Below are positions 28,292-41,500 of a stretch of DNA of 64,000 bases, in pieces. Origin of the DNA: Geosiphon pyriformis uo1 (taxonomy: Eukaryota; Fungi; Glomeromycota); contig JAAOMT010000282.1 in the NCBI GenBank assembly GCA_016748015.1, forward strand, positions 124,001 to 188,000, read 5' to 3'. The notes beneath the pieces are model-generated. The model was not told the DNA's origin. It did not search any database and saw nothing but the letters and a program-made list of their open reading frames with translations. A program made the position numbers and the translations under genes. How positions within the stretch are numbered: position 1 is the stretch's first letter; every line of letters starts with the position of its first letter.

Positions 28292-29280
28292 TCCACCCCA
28301 TCTAATGAACAATCCCAACTTATGGAATACTAGAACTACTACTTCTATTACTACTACTATTAATTATGCCAAATTTTTTAATGAATTAAAATTTAAGCAC
28401 AAATTCAGTATCACAAAATCCAAGGATTTAAATAGATTCTTATACAAAAGTAATTAAACGCTACCTAATACAACAACACTCTACTCTACTCTATTTTTAC
28501 AAACGATAGGTTTTTTTTTTGTGAATAACTTTTATCTTATTATGCATTACCATCTGTGAACGTTGTAAAAAATTAATCAAACCGGTCTCCCCCCGGCATT
28601 CATCTATGTAAATACATACATATGCTAATTTAATCCTGTAAATTTTTCAACTAAACTTCTACCATCAAACTCTTTTACGACGACCACTTTTGAAAAACCA
28701 ACCATTGTAAAAACAAAATATGTTTTGTGAATGTTTCCTATTTCAATATGTAGTATAACTTTTTTTTATTTCGATTAATTGAAAAGGCTGAAGACATTAA
28801 ATAGGGTAGATCCTATATTTATATCATTTTTTTCGGTAAAAATCGTTTAGCAAAACAAATCGAATCGAATCAATCTAAAAAGCCTTTTCATCACGTGTAA
28901 ATAGTAAAAAATCTCCTTTTTTCCCACTTGTCATATATTATCAATCCTTTTAATAACATTAATACTTTTCCTTTTATATTATTGTGAAACGAAATATTTT
29001 TTTATAATATTTTTGATCACTCTAAAACTTTTTTATTCTTTTTAGTTAACGCAATTTATGCCAAATTCTAACTGAAAAACCAACCAACCAACCTATCTAC
29101 CTACCTACCTATCATGTAAAACCATTTCTCTTTTAAAACTTGTAATTTTTTATATATATAGAAAATTTTTATCTTCTTTCTGCCCGAAAAATAGTAGTAA
29201 ACTTTAAAAAAAAAATAGTCATAAAAAAATGGTATATAATTATAAAAAAATTAATTATAAAAAAAATTTGTAAATGAAAT
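28292..29280 (+). promoter_or_regulatory. Putative ~1 kb 3' UTR with PUF/Pumilio-type elements
   Basis: Perfect TGTAAATA at 28607 and 28896 (the latter with C at -2), plus about seven further TGTA cores between 28564 and 29275. Confidence 0.45.
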
Positions 29281-30947
29281 AATTGTCTAAAAAATTTTTA
29301 GGCGTTTTCAATTTTTTTTTAATAAAAATTGTGTCAAATCTTTTTTTTTTTTTGGAAAGTTTGGAAGAAGAGAAATTTTAAATGAATTTTTAATGGTGAT
29401 TTAAAGATTTGCAGGGAAGAAATTAAAAATCAAAATTGATCAAGTAACAAATTTGAAATATCATAACTATATTTGTGAAAAATCGTTTTAGAATTGACAC
29501 TTTGGAAAAAATGCCCATGAGTTATCTAATCAAACATGAAAGTTTAAACCACTGATTAGGAAAAAAATCAATAAACTCAAATTTTTTTTTGATTTTTGTG
29601 AAATTAAATTGCCAGACGAATCAACGCGTTTATCAATTAGTGTGAACTTTTGACTTTTAAAATATGTTTAACTTGGTTAAAGTTTTGATCTTATTTTGAT
29701 TATTTCAATGGTTCATGTTTTTTTTGTGTGTGTTGTGTGTGTGTGTGTGTGTTTTTTTTCAACAATAAGTACGCTCGGACTTTGATATTCATTATCGGTC
29801 ATCAAGTTTTGTTTGTTTTTTTTTCCAATTAAATTTTTTGTATTCTCAACCCTTGAATTAATTGTAATTGTTTTTGGGCGCCAACTAACGAGATAAACCT
29901 GATGATTGATTGATTGATTGATTGATCATACAAGAGAGAATGCTATAATTGTAAAATCATTATTTTATTTCCGAAATAAGGAAATTGTAAGAAAATAAAG
30001 TGAGTGTTAAAAGAAACGAGTTTAAACTTGTTGATTAATCATTAAGTAATGGTTTTACCAAAAGAACTTTCTGAACTCATTTTTGCTGAATCATAAATTT
30101 TCAATGATTGGTTTGTATAAAAATTCTAAATTAAGAAATTTTCTAATTTCATTCGGCTAATGAACTCATTCCATATGATCATAATGCATAATAATATTTT
30201 TTGTTGATAAATCATTTTTTAAAAACCCGAGTATTGAGTGAATTAAAAAGTCAACTTTTGAGAAATAACCTTTTTTGGCCAAAATCGATTTGATTCTTTA
30301 GCATTGATTGATTGAGAATTTTGAATTTTAGTCATCTTTATTTGATTCATTGATTTATCTGGCTTATAGAAAATCAAAAGTTCGGATGTTTTTTAGTTTT
30401 TTTTTTTTCTAATTTCGGCTATTACAATAATTTTCTAGGCACCAATTGATAGCGAGAATGCTTGAACAATCGGGATGAGCCATAAATAGTTCAAATAAAT
30501 TATAAGGAAGAGCCTATTGGTTGCAGGCTAGGTTATAATATTTCTGGGATCTGCATAAAACCGGGTTTTATTCAATCAAATATCGTGACTCATCGCTTAT
30601 GCAATTTATGCATGATTTATCAAAAATCGGGCATATTTGATTGGCTTAAAATGTGTGTAAATGTGCGAATGTGGGAATGTGGGAATAAGCGAATATATAT
30701 ATAATCTTTTTTTCAAATGAAAAAGTAAATAAAGAGCATTATTGAATAAATTAGTGCTTTTATTCCGGATTATTGTATCGTGTATTTTTTTAAAAATTTA
30801 TTTGCTAAAAAAAATAAATTTTAAGTAGAATTTATTTTTTGATTTTTTAACAAAAATTATCATCAAAAAATTGAATATAATTAATTAGTTATATATAATG
30901 TTTAAAAATTAATTTTTTTAAAAATACATACAAAATGTTTAAAGTAT

Positions 30948-30948
<1 letters not shown>

Positions 30949-30986
<38 letters not shown>
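30949..30986. repeat. (AAT)n microsatellite
   Basis: Direct reading. Confidence 0.9.
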
Positions 30987-33172
30987 TCAAATCAAGTATT
31001 TAAAATTTTTATTGTAAAAAATTTATTTTTTTTCAATTATTTATTAATAAAGAAAAATATTTCCGAATCATTGAATTAAAAATTTTTAATTTATTTATTT
31101 ATATAACATTTTTTTTTTAACATATATTAAATTGAAAAATAAATTTTCATTTTTGTTTCTAATCAAATGTTATTTTTTGTTTTAATATAATTTTTTTTTC
31201 AATATTTTTTTCTTGTCTAATTATCAATGTTTTAACGTTTTATTTAAAGAAAAATTTCAAATTTGATTGTGTAAATTATGAAAAAAATTTTAATTTTACA
31301 ATTATTTTATGTAAACTATATATACTTTTTCAGGGTCGAATAAATTTTAATTAAATCGAAATCAAATTATATATACATATATTTATAACTCTTTTGTCAA
31401 TCTATTTTATGATAAAAATAATTAGAAATTTATGGTTTTAATATCAATCTTTGCAATAAAAGACTTGATTATCTTTTTATTTATATTTTCGGTTATTTTA
31501 TAAATTATCATATGATTAAATAATATAATATATACAATTTCAATAAATAAAATAAAATAAAAGGAATATTAGAAACGTAAAGAAAGTCTAAAAATAAAAA
31601 TAAAAATTTCTTGGGTTTTATATGAAATATCTTAGACTGCAAAAATTTAGCCCATTACTATTTTTAAACAAAAAATTATGCATATTTTAAATGTACCCAT
31701 ATATTTTTAAAATTTTTAACAAATTTAAATGGCAATAATTTTAAAATTATCAAATTTCATTAACTGGATTTTACTTGAAAATATATTGAGGCATTTAATT
31801 TATAAAAAATATTTTATGATACACATTTTCAGTTTTTTTTATTTTACATTTGTAACACACATTCTTAACATAGTCTATAAATATCTTTTTTTCTTATCTA
31901 GAATTTTATTTATTTTTACGATTAAAATACACTTTATAAATATAAATATTAAATACTAGTTTTTTTTATTAAAAATTTTTAAATTTTATTTTAAAATATT
32001 AATACTTGAAAAGAATTTTATCTTTACAATTTAGAAACATATATATTATAAGTCTTTATATATTTATTTAAAAATTGAAAAATTAATATACACATATGTT
32101 TTAATAACTTTTAATTCTTAAATTTGACGCATCTTTCAAATACTGAAATTTCAAAATTTAATTATTTTTCATTGTAATTGGTTAATACATCTAGTGAACC
32201 TAAGAAAAAAAAATTAAAACTTCTATTAATTAATTTTCATTGATGCTATTTTTCATATTTCTTTTTATCACCCCACATTTAACCAAGAAATTTTTCAAGT
32301 TTATCCGGATTTTCTTCACAAAGGGAAAAAAATTATTTAACTCGAGATTACGAGTTTTTCCATTTAAATGATCATTTCTAAATATATAAATGCTTTGTCT
32401 AAAAATTCTAGTAATAAATCTTTAAAGAGATGAAAATATGATATTTGTACATTTCTATTTGTCCACAAGACTCCCAAAAAGAATATTTAATATTGCGACA
32501 GCGATATTAAATATATTCAAATCAATCTTCAATTTGTTTGTGGGTTCGGCAGACAATAATCTTTTATTTAATATTGATATCTTTGGAAAATGGACTGAAA
32601 ATCTATTACGCATTTCACAAAAAATAAATTTTTTTTTGTCGAAACAATGTGTGCTACGTTAATTTCGACATCGATGAGTTAAGCTCATTGAAAAATGATT
32701 TCGAAAGAAAAAAAAACAAGTTTTGTCCAAAACTTGCTATATTAAACACGTCTTTTGACCTGTGAAAGTTAAATTTTCCCCATGGGAGAAAAGGATTTTA
32801 TTATTGACGGCAAATACCCCATTTTACTTAAATGTCATGATGTCGAATATAGATTTTTCGCCTTTTTCACAGAAACCCGGTGAGATTTCTCCAATAAAAA
32901 ATGCAGTTTCAAGCATGCACTTTAAAAAATGGCCACTTGTTGATGATGCCATTTCTAATGTCGTAATAGATTTTAGAAATCAATCATTTTTCATTGGTCT
33001 AATTCCAGGGTACACAATGATTTTTAAGGACGATCACTTTGAAGACTATCGCATGCCTTACGCAATTCGATGTGCATATTTATCGATGGGGTTTGTGCAG
33101 TCAAGCAGAACTTTGAAACTGTATTATCTAAATGCAGCTCAAATAGCTTAATGACTTTTGGATTCATCATTT

Positions 33173-33322
<150 letters not shown>

Positions 33323-35079
33323 TTGAAAATTCTTTCACTTGGTAACCCTAAACCTACCAAAACAATGAAATCAATTAATGTAAGAAAAACTGCTTAAATT
33401 CCCAGCTACTTTGTGAGTTGGATAAAATTTAAAACAACAGAAAAGGGCTTAGGATTACACTATTGACAAATCATACAAATCTAAAAAGTTTTATATTAGA
33501 GGATATACTAAACATTCATTTTTGAACACTCAACCAATCCCATTGGTTCAATATGGTTCTGTTGAATGAAAATAATGAATATCCAGATTTTCTCTTGCAC
33601 TAGTATCTTACCCAACGATACTTTCTTTTTTGAGCGTTTAATTAAGCGGGTTTTTAAAGTTTTTTATGGAGGGTAAAAATTTTGAAGTTAGATTTTACTC
33701 ATATCTAGCAGCTTTTCTGAAATTTTAAAAGCAAAAAAACTGATCCATTGCAATCTTTCAAATCAATTGAGTGAGAAAACAAACTAAATTGACATTGAGT
33801 TTCATTTTCTAAATGGGTTTTTCATCATCTCACGTGTATTCTTGAAAATGCCATAGCTATCTTACTTAAACTCGGATTTTAGACAAATGTCGGAAATAAG
33901 ATGGCGATTTTTCAAGCACAAATAACAAGGTTTTGGGAAATTAAAAACCCTGCATGTTGAATCCAAAATTTTTTTAGGATTTTTATAGTGCGTGATTTTA
34001 TTCCTTATGTAAAATTCTATTCTTTGTTTGTCTTTTTTAATAACGAAATCGATCAAAGCAAAAGCCTTTACCCTTTAAAGGTGTTCATTTATCTTTATTT
34101 GGAAGTTTAAAAGTTCAATAAAATGTTATCTCTGTGTTTATTTTTTAAAGTAAACATTTCGGGTGACAGGTGACAAAGGGCAACGGTTGTAAATCAAAAC
34201 CTTTAGAATCTTTAAATAGCCCAAAACAAGAATTAAGTTCCACTGTCACGTAATCTATAGAATTTCTTTTCTCAGATTGATTGTGATTCCGTAATTTAAT
34301 AATTTTTTTGGTTTGAAGATTTAATTATTCACCTTTTTGAACTAATAATTTATTAAAAATTATTTAAGGAATAAAATATTTGGTTGAATGTTGCATTAAA
34401 GAATGTTCCCTTATTTGCGAATTATTCAAAATCTCGGATTATTAAAATTGACGCGTTACGATGCTCGCGTTTTTCATTTTACTCATGATAAATATGTGCA
34501 CATGATATCGGTTGTTCCCGGAAAAACTGAACATTCAATCAAATTTAATTAAACAAACACGTATCGGTAAGCCAGAATTCGGTTTGAGTATCCATTCATG
34601 GTTTCGAGAAATTTTAGCATAAATTTACTCCTTGCATTGCATGTGCTACACTGTAATTCTTTGTTTTTTTTTTGGTTAGACAACTTATTATAACACTGAT
34701 GAGAAAAAAAATTTACATGTCCTCAGTAACATCTTTCCTTACTTATGATTAATATCATAACCTTTTGTCTTTATGGAGACATTTAACAATTACTCAATAA
34801 GTAAATTATCATAAGACTTATTTTGATTTATAAAATTTTGATTGGGTTATTTGTGAATCGGGAAAAAAATACTCCATCGGTTTTAAAAGAAACACCTATT
34901 CATTATAGTTCACAGCTTAGTTACTTTTCATTTCGAGCATAAAGTTTTTATCATTCGATTACTTGCTAGCAATTTGAAGGCTGATGATCATTTTCAATTA
35001 TATGTATAAAGTTTCTCAAATTTAATACTTTACGGTTTTTGAATAATGAATAAAGCATTGGTATAACAAGAAAAGTTTT

Positions 35080-35081
<2 letters not shown>

Positions 35082-35117
<36 letters not shown>

Positions 35118-35174
35118 GTTATTGTTATTGTTATTGTTGTTTTTATTGTTATTGTTATTATCATTGTTATTGTT
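35082..35174. repeat. (ATT)n grading into (ATTGTT)n
   Basis: Direct reading. Confidence 0.9.
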
Positions 35175-35846
35175 CAATATAAAAAACTTGAAATTTTGGA
35201 ACTTTTAATTCTTTGAAAAAACAGCAAATCGTCCAATACAGTTTTTACAAAAAATTATATTCCAACTTTTTTTACTGCTGTGCTTTCAAGTAACCAAATA
35301 TTTATTATTAGATTGTTGCATAACTTTGCTTAAAATTTTGATTTTAACCAATTATTAAACCATTTAAATAAAAGCAAATGAATTTCCAAACAAATGATAA
35401 TTATTTAATAAGAAAATAAAAAAAAAAGATTATTTTTCTTGATGAATTCAGATAATTGATTGATTAAATTTTTATTAAAATTAGATTTCAATAATTTGAC
35501 AATATTTAAATAATCAATTCAAATTGTAAAATCAAAAATTTCCAACTTTTTATTATATTATGTAAAAAAAATAAAATAATAAAAACCAACTAAATCTAAA
35601 AGTTTATGTTTTTTTTTTAAAAATATTATAAAAAATTAATTTTTTTCAATTTTTAGGTTTTGATAAATATTTGAACCATTATTTAAAAAGCGATTATAAT
35701 TATCATTAATATAATAATTAATAAATGTAAAATCTTTTTTAAAACATCTTTTGGTATATTTGTTTGAATAGTATTGATAATAAAAATAAAAATATATCGT
35801 TTAAATTAATAATTCGAATAAAATCATGATCCAAGTATAGGAAAGA

Positions 35847-35914
35847 GTTGTTGTTGTTGTTGTTGTTATTGTTATTGATGTTGTTACCGTTGTCGTTGTT
35901 ATTGATGTTGTTAC

Positions 35915-35944
<30 letters not shown>
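35847..35944. repeat. (GTT)n-derived compound repeat with a 27-bp duplication and (GTCGTT)n
   Basis: gttattgatgttgttaccgttgtcgtt occurs twice in tandem. Confidence 0.88.
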
Positions 35945-35945
<1 letters not shown>

Positions 35946-36373
35946 TATTGCTGAAAGTGATAAGAAAATTGTACCCTAAAACCTAAAGTTTATTATGTGA
36001 TAAAAAATTGAACAAAGAAAGATGAGCTGCTGATTTAATAGGGACCAACAGAATTCTTGGGATCTCAAAAACATTTTCCTTCAGAAATTTAAAGTTCTTC
36101 ACACATTAAAAAAAACCCAGAATCTGCTGAATCAAGAAAAATCTGTTTTTTATAATAGGTATGATGAATAAATTAATTACATATAATTCATACCACTTTA
36201 TCTGTCAGGAATGTTCGACCTTGTAAAGAAAAACAAAGGTCACAAAAAGAAATACATTTTCCGGGAGAAACATGCCCATATGAAATTCATGCACTGAAAA
36301 CAATAAAATTTCTGCCACAAGTTTTTTTTATGAAATCACGTAATTAAGATCAAATTATAATTAATTACTAACC

Positions 36374-36426
36374 GACAGACAGACAGACAGACAGGCAGAC
36401 AGGCAGACAGGCAGACAGGCAGACAA
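36374..36426. repeat. (GACA)n grading into (GGCAGACA)n
   Basis: Direct reading. Confidence 0.9.
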
Positions 36427-36846
36427 GAAGCAGAAAATTATATTTGCAAAACACGAGTACAAGAGTAAAAATTTCTAATCTCCCGAAAATGTTCAAGTCA
36501 AAACCTCCAAGCATAAAAAGTTTAAAACTATTTAATAAAACAATTCAAAAACGAAGACACGCCCTTTCATGAAACACACACAGGTGCAGGATGCAATTTA
36601 ACGAATGACGAAATATAAAGTTCATCATCATCATCATCATCACCTTTAAAAAAAAATGAAATACCATTCACAAAAAAGATGGGGAAACAAAAATTCGTCA
36701 TGGGCTTTGACACTAGTCAAATCTAAAAAACGAGTTTAAAGATAGGGAAAACTTAAAGTTTGTATTATGGAAAATCAAAATTGAGCATTGAAAAAAGAGA
36801 TATAAAAGGAATTTTCTTTTTATTACACATAAATGGAAGAATGAGC

Positions 36847-36879
36847 TGGAACTGGAACTGGAACTGGAACTGGAACTGG
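36847..36879. repeat. (TGGAAC)n hexanucleotide repeat, ~5.5 units
   Basis: Direct reading. Confidence 0.9.
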
Positions 36880-38513
36880 GACATGAACAAATCTCTGGTT
36901 TTAAATGGTCGAACGTGATAAAATGCAGTTGGTTATTTACCCAAAAGCACGTCACGATAATAATTAAAACTATGCATCTCTCTCAAAAGTAATTTTGTTC
37001 TTGTGTATTTTTAATACAGGATTTTTTTCAAATCAAACTCTCTTTGATAAATTAACTTTTTCATAAGAGTTTTGATTCATAACCAATTGAATTTCAGCAT
37101 CGAAACCAAAAATCTTTATTGTCCATTCAACTTGAAACGGTCATTATTGTTGATATATGCCTGCAACTTCAAATGAATCGAAAAATAAGAGTGAAAAAGG
37201 AAATGATATTCTGTATACGTTCCTGATCTTTTTTCAAAAAAGGCAAGTAATGTCACTTCACTTTCCCATTGTATCCGGAATGTAAAATGTACCTATTCAA
37301 ACATGAATTTTCCGATGTCGAAGATCACAGAAAGGATAATTCCCACGAAAAAAAAGTATTTTCCCAAAATTCATCATTTCAAATAGTGGGAGGGAGGGTT
37401 TTTTTTTCCAATAAATAAATATATATATATATATATAAAAGCTTAACATTTGTGAAAAAGAGGAAAATCATTAAAAATTAACGATTTTGAATCTGAAATT
37501 ATTTTCTTTTTTCGACAAATAATTTTTTACATGCTTACACCCCGTTTAAGGAATCAATTTTCTTTTAAGCACTACCAAAAAAATTCAAGAGCATAAAATG
37601 ATACATAAAAAAAAATGTTTATCATGATATTCATTGCACGAAACCTAAAAATTTAGAGAAACGGGTTCCCTGTGTTTAGAAATATTAGATGTTGTTACAG
37701 AAAACGATATCCACATGTTGACATATTATCATGTTTGAAAACCTTCTTTTAGTTTAACTCATTATTGTATTGTTATAAGTCACCCCCACCCTTCCCTAAA
37801 AATCCTTAACTTAGCCTAAGCCGAAAATTCAGTATAACTCTTTGGAAACCCTTTTTCCTCGTATCGGTATTTTAGATTCGTCTCGTCGGCTCGATTTTGT
37901 TTAGAAAGAAAACATCATAATCTAAAAGAATCCTTTGATTTAACAAAAAAGTTCCCTGAATTGAATGATTAAAGCAAATATAAATGGACTCTGATGAACT
38001 TTAATATTGTCTCACGTCTCACTAAATTTACCAGGTTCTCCCTCGTGAAATTTCATCAACGGCATGTTTTTATTTCAGGGGATTTGTACTGTTTTAAGTA
38101 GCGAGAGATCATCAATTCTTTTAAATGAAAATAGTTTATTTAGTAGAAATCTCGGGGATACTATCCTGTCTGTAGGGGGTAAGTTAAGGATGCTTAAACT
38201 CAACTCTTGCATACAATTCACAAGTAGTGTGACAATTTCCAAAAAAAAAAATTTTTCATTAAAACTTGGCTATGGCAAAAGATCAAAAATCCTCCTAAAA
38301 CTCGACAGGAAATTCCGAAATTTTTACTCTATCAATCAATAAATCAACCCAAGGATTTACATTTCACATAAAATGCACATGTATTTCTCAAAATTTCCTG
38401 AAAACACATGTAAGAAATGTATGTATTACGCAATTGGAATATATGGTTGCATAGATTTGGAACAAAAACAGGATTTTTTTCTTACACTGATCAACATTAA
38501 TAAAGATAGGATT

Positions 38514-38515
<2 letters not shown>

Positions 38516-38565
<50 letters not shown>
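38516..38565. repeat. (AAT)n microsatellite
   Basis: Direct reading. Confidence 0.95.
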
Positions 38566-38567
<2 letters not shown>

Positions 38568-41500
38568 TATGTGAAGAAATGAGCTTTTGATGCATGTCTT
38601 TGTCTTGTTGATGTGTGTATGGCGTGTGTATTTTAGCGTTTTAGATAGTCGAGATTGTGAGCAAAGAAAGGATTTTAAAGCGCAAGCAAATATTAAAAAA
38701 GATAGATTTTGTAGCGCAGCGATATTGATTTTGAAGGATAGAAAAAAGATTAAATAACGATCCTGCTCATTCATTCATTCATTTATTTATTTATTCATTT
38801 ATTCATTCATCAGTGATGTATTAAAAATGAGCATAAAAAATCAAATCTCATGTTAAATTCATTGTGTTTGCCTTTTACGGAAAATAGATCAGTTTAAAGG
38901 CTATTACTAATACGTTTGCTAAGCTTTTAAAATTAGCAAATACCTCCTGGTTTTGGCTAAACTTTTTATAAAAAAACATTAAATCTTCAATCGCTATAGA
39001 GACCAATCTTGATTTTGATTCAATAATCAAAAGATGGGTCTAATCCGGTAATCTATGAAATATGACATAATAAAATTCTGTTTTAGAGATTTTGCGTGAT
39101 TGGTGTACACTTTACATCTTATGCTAATGCTCATATATAATAATGAAAGGAAAAAACTTGTTTCGTGCTGGTTTCAATGGATGATCGTGGAAATTCTGGA
39201 TGGTATACTATGACAGAAGGTAAATCGAAGAACAAAAAAAAGAAAGAGGAGGAAAGGGAAAATCCCGTACATGTTCCTCTTAACTAGAATGAATTTATCC
39301 TTGAAACAAGTAGATCATTTAATCAAGACATTTTGCTAGAGCGAAGACTAGATATGAAGGATTAAATAGTTCCACAGAAATAAATAATAAATTTTTTTTA
39401 GCAAAAAGTTCTGCCGGGTCAGCTAAACCTTTCTTACTTTGGAAATTTTGATCATCGTCCTGTTGCAACTAAAAAATTAGGCATGAAATTATTGGAAAAT
39501 CAATCATCTGAAGTCACTTCGAAATGATGAAATTTTGCTTCATTTTTATTTTAGTTAAGCTTTTCTTCTTAAAAAAGAAAAGATAAAAAAAATAAGATAG
39601 TTTTTTGATGAGGAGGGCCAACAAATAATCACAGCCACACGAAAATTTATTGCAGTTTGATTTTCTTATTCACAAAAAAGAAATCTACCATGAGTGAAGA
39701 TTTGAAAAAAGTTTTTACATTGAGAAAAGAAATTTCAAAGTGATTAATAAATAAAAAGAGTTTCATGGTTTGAACAAATAATTCAAATCATGAAATAAAA
39801 ATTTTCCAGTTTAAAAAACTATGATCAAAGTCTTTTATCACGTGCTATTACCACGTGATTAGTCCGTGTAAAAAATATTTATATTAATTATTACAAGATA
39901 TTATTCATTTTAAGAGAATCGAGTTCAAAGTAATTTAAAAAATATTAAGCTTCTAGGTTAATTTTTTAAGGTTTGGAAATTTTTTTATTTCTTTAAAACT
40001 TAAGAAATACAACATTTCCGTAAACGAAAGATCAAATTTTTGACGCCAAGAAATCTTTGAAATTACGGAAATTTTTCGTGATATATATATATTTCATATT
40101 AGTAAAACTTTGCAATAAAAGTTTTTTAGAGAACCATTTTTAGTCTCGAGTTTTGAATTGTTTAAATAAATAAATAAATAAATAAATATACATATATATA
40201 TATATATATAAATGTATTGAATTAATAATTTTAAAAATTATTTTAATACTCAAATATATCAAAAAAATGCCAAATTCCTAAACGAGGGAATTTTGACTAA
40301 CCATATTTTCACATATTATAATGATTGTTTTTAAACCTTATATCATCTGAAACATTAAAAAAAAATTTTTTGGTAAAATAATTGTAGTAAAGGTTACCTT
40401 AATCTTTGTATTTCGATTTATCAAAAATTTTTAAATTATAAAAAAAAATTACTCAAGTTCTAAAGAAAATGATAAAGCTATTTAACCTCAACATTATTTT
40501 TTTTTAATTCAGGGAAAATACAAGATGCTATTAAATTATTACCCAATATATAATTATTTATTTTATTAATTTTTGCAAGGGATGAATGAATTAAGTTAAA
40601 TTTTTTTTTTCTGTTAAAAAGTTCATTAAAAAAAATTGTAACCCAGCAAAATTTTTAAGGTACTCAAACTTTTGATGTTTTTTATTTTGATATATATTTT
40701 TCAAAATAGCTAGAAATGCTTTTTTAAAATGTTTTATATTCTAGCTTTCTGAATTTATTGCTAAAGCTAAAATTCATTTATAAATTGAATATATTAACGT
40801 TGAATGATTTAAAAGAGTCGAAATAATTTTATTTAAACGTTATTAAAAGAGATTTTTTATATGAAAATAACTTTATTTGAAAAAGATCAGTTTTTCTGCT
40901 ATTGGAAATTAACTAACAACTAGTTATATCTAATAACTCGATAATAACGCCAAGATAATTAGAGTTTCAGTAATTATTATTAAAATATTTTTTCACATGG
41001 AAATCTTCAATTTTTTCTATTCTAATAAACGGGAGAAGATGCAATAATCATTGATTTGATTTGATTTAATCCTGTCTCCTCAATCATTGAGAAATAATTC
41101 CCTAGGCAACGGAATAATAATCATCATCATTTTTAGTTCTTACTTGAAACTCGGAGCAAAAAATGCATATACGTATAGACCACGATATCGACATTGCCGC
41201 TCTGGTTGGATGTCGCAATGAAATCTTTAACCAAATTTATGCAATGCTGAAAATCAATCATTGAAAATCTGATTCACAAAAACCGCGATTTTTAATTACG
41301 CATGTTTATATGAGATTGAAAAAAAAACTTTTTTTTTCATTGATATCGATTACAATGATTGCCAATTATTGTGTGTAAAATAAAGAATTCGAAAAAAACT
41401 AGTATTGTTCTTATAAAATGCCTTATGAAAAAAAAATCCTGCAGTGAGGTGAAAAAATATTCCATGCATTTTCTTATTTAGCCAAAAATAGCTAATACTA

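Noticed and set aside
32762-33151. 129-aa ORF
   Set aside because: GTG start in a eukaryotic context, no recognisable motif and no UTR-like flanks; length compatible with chance.
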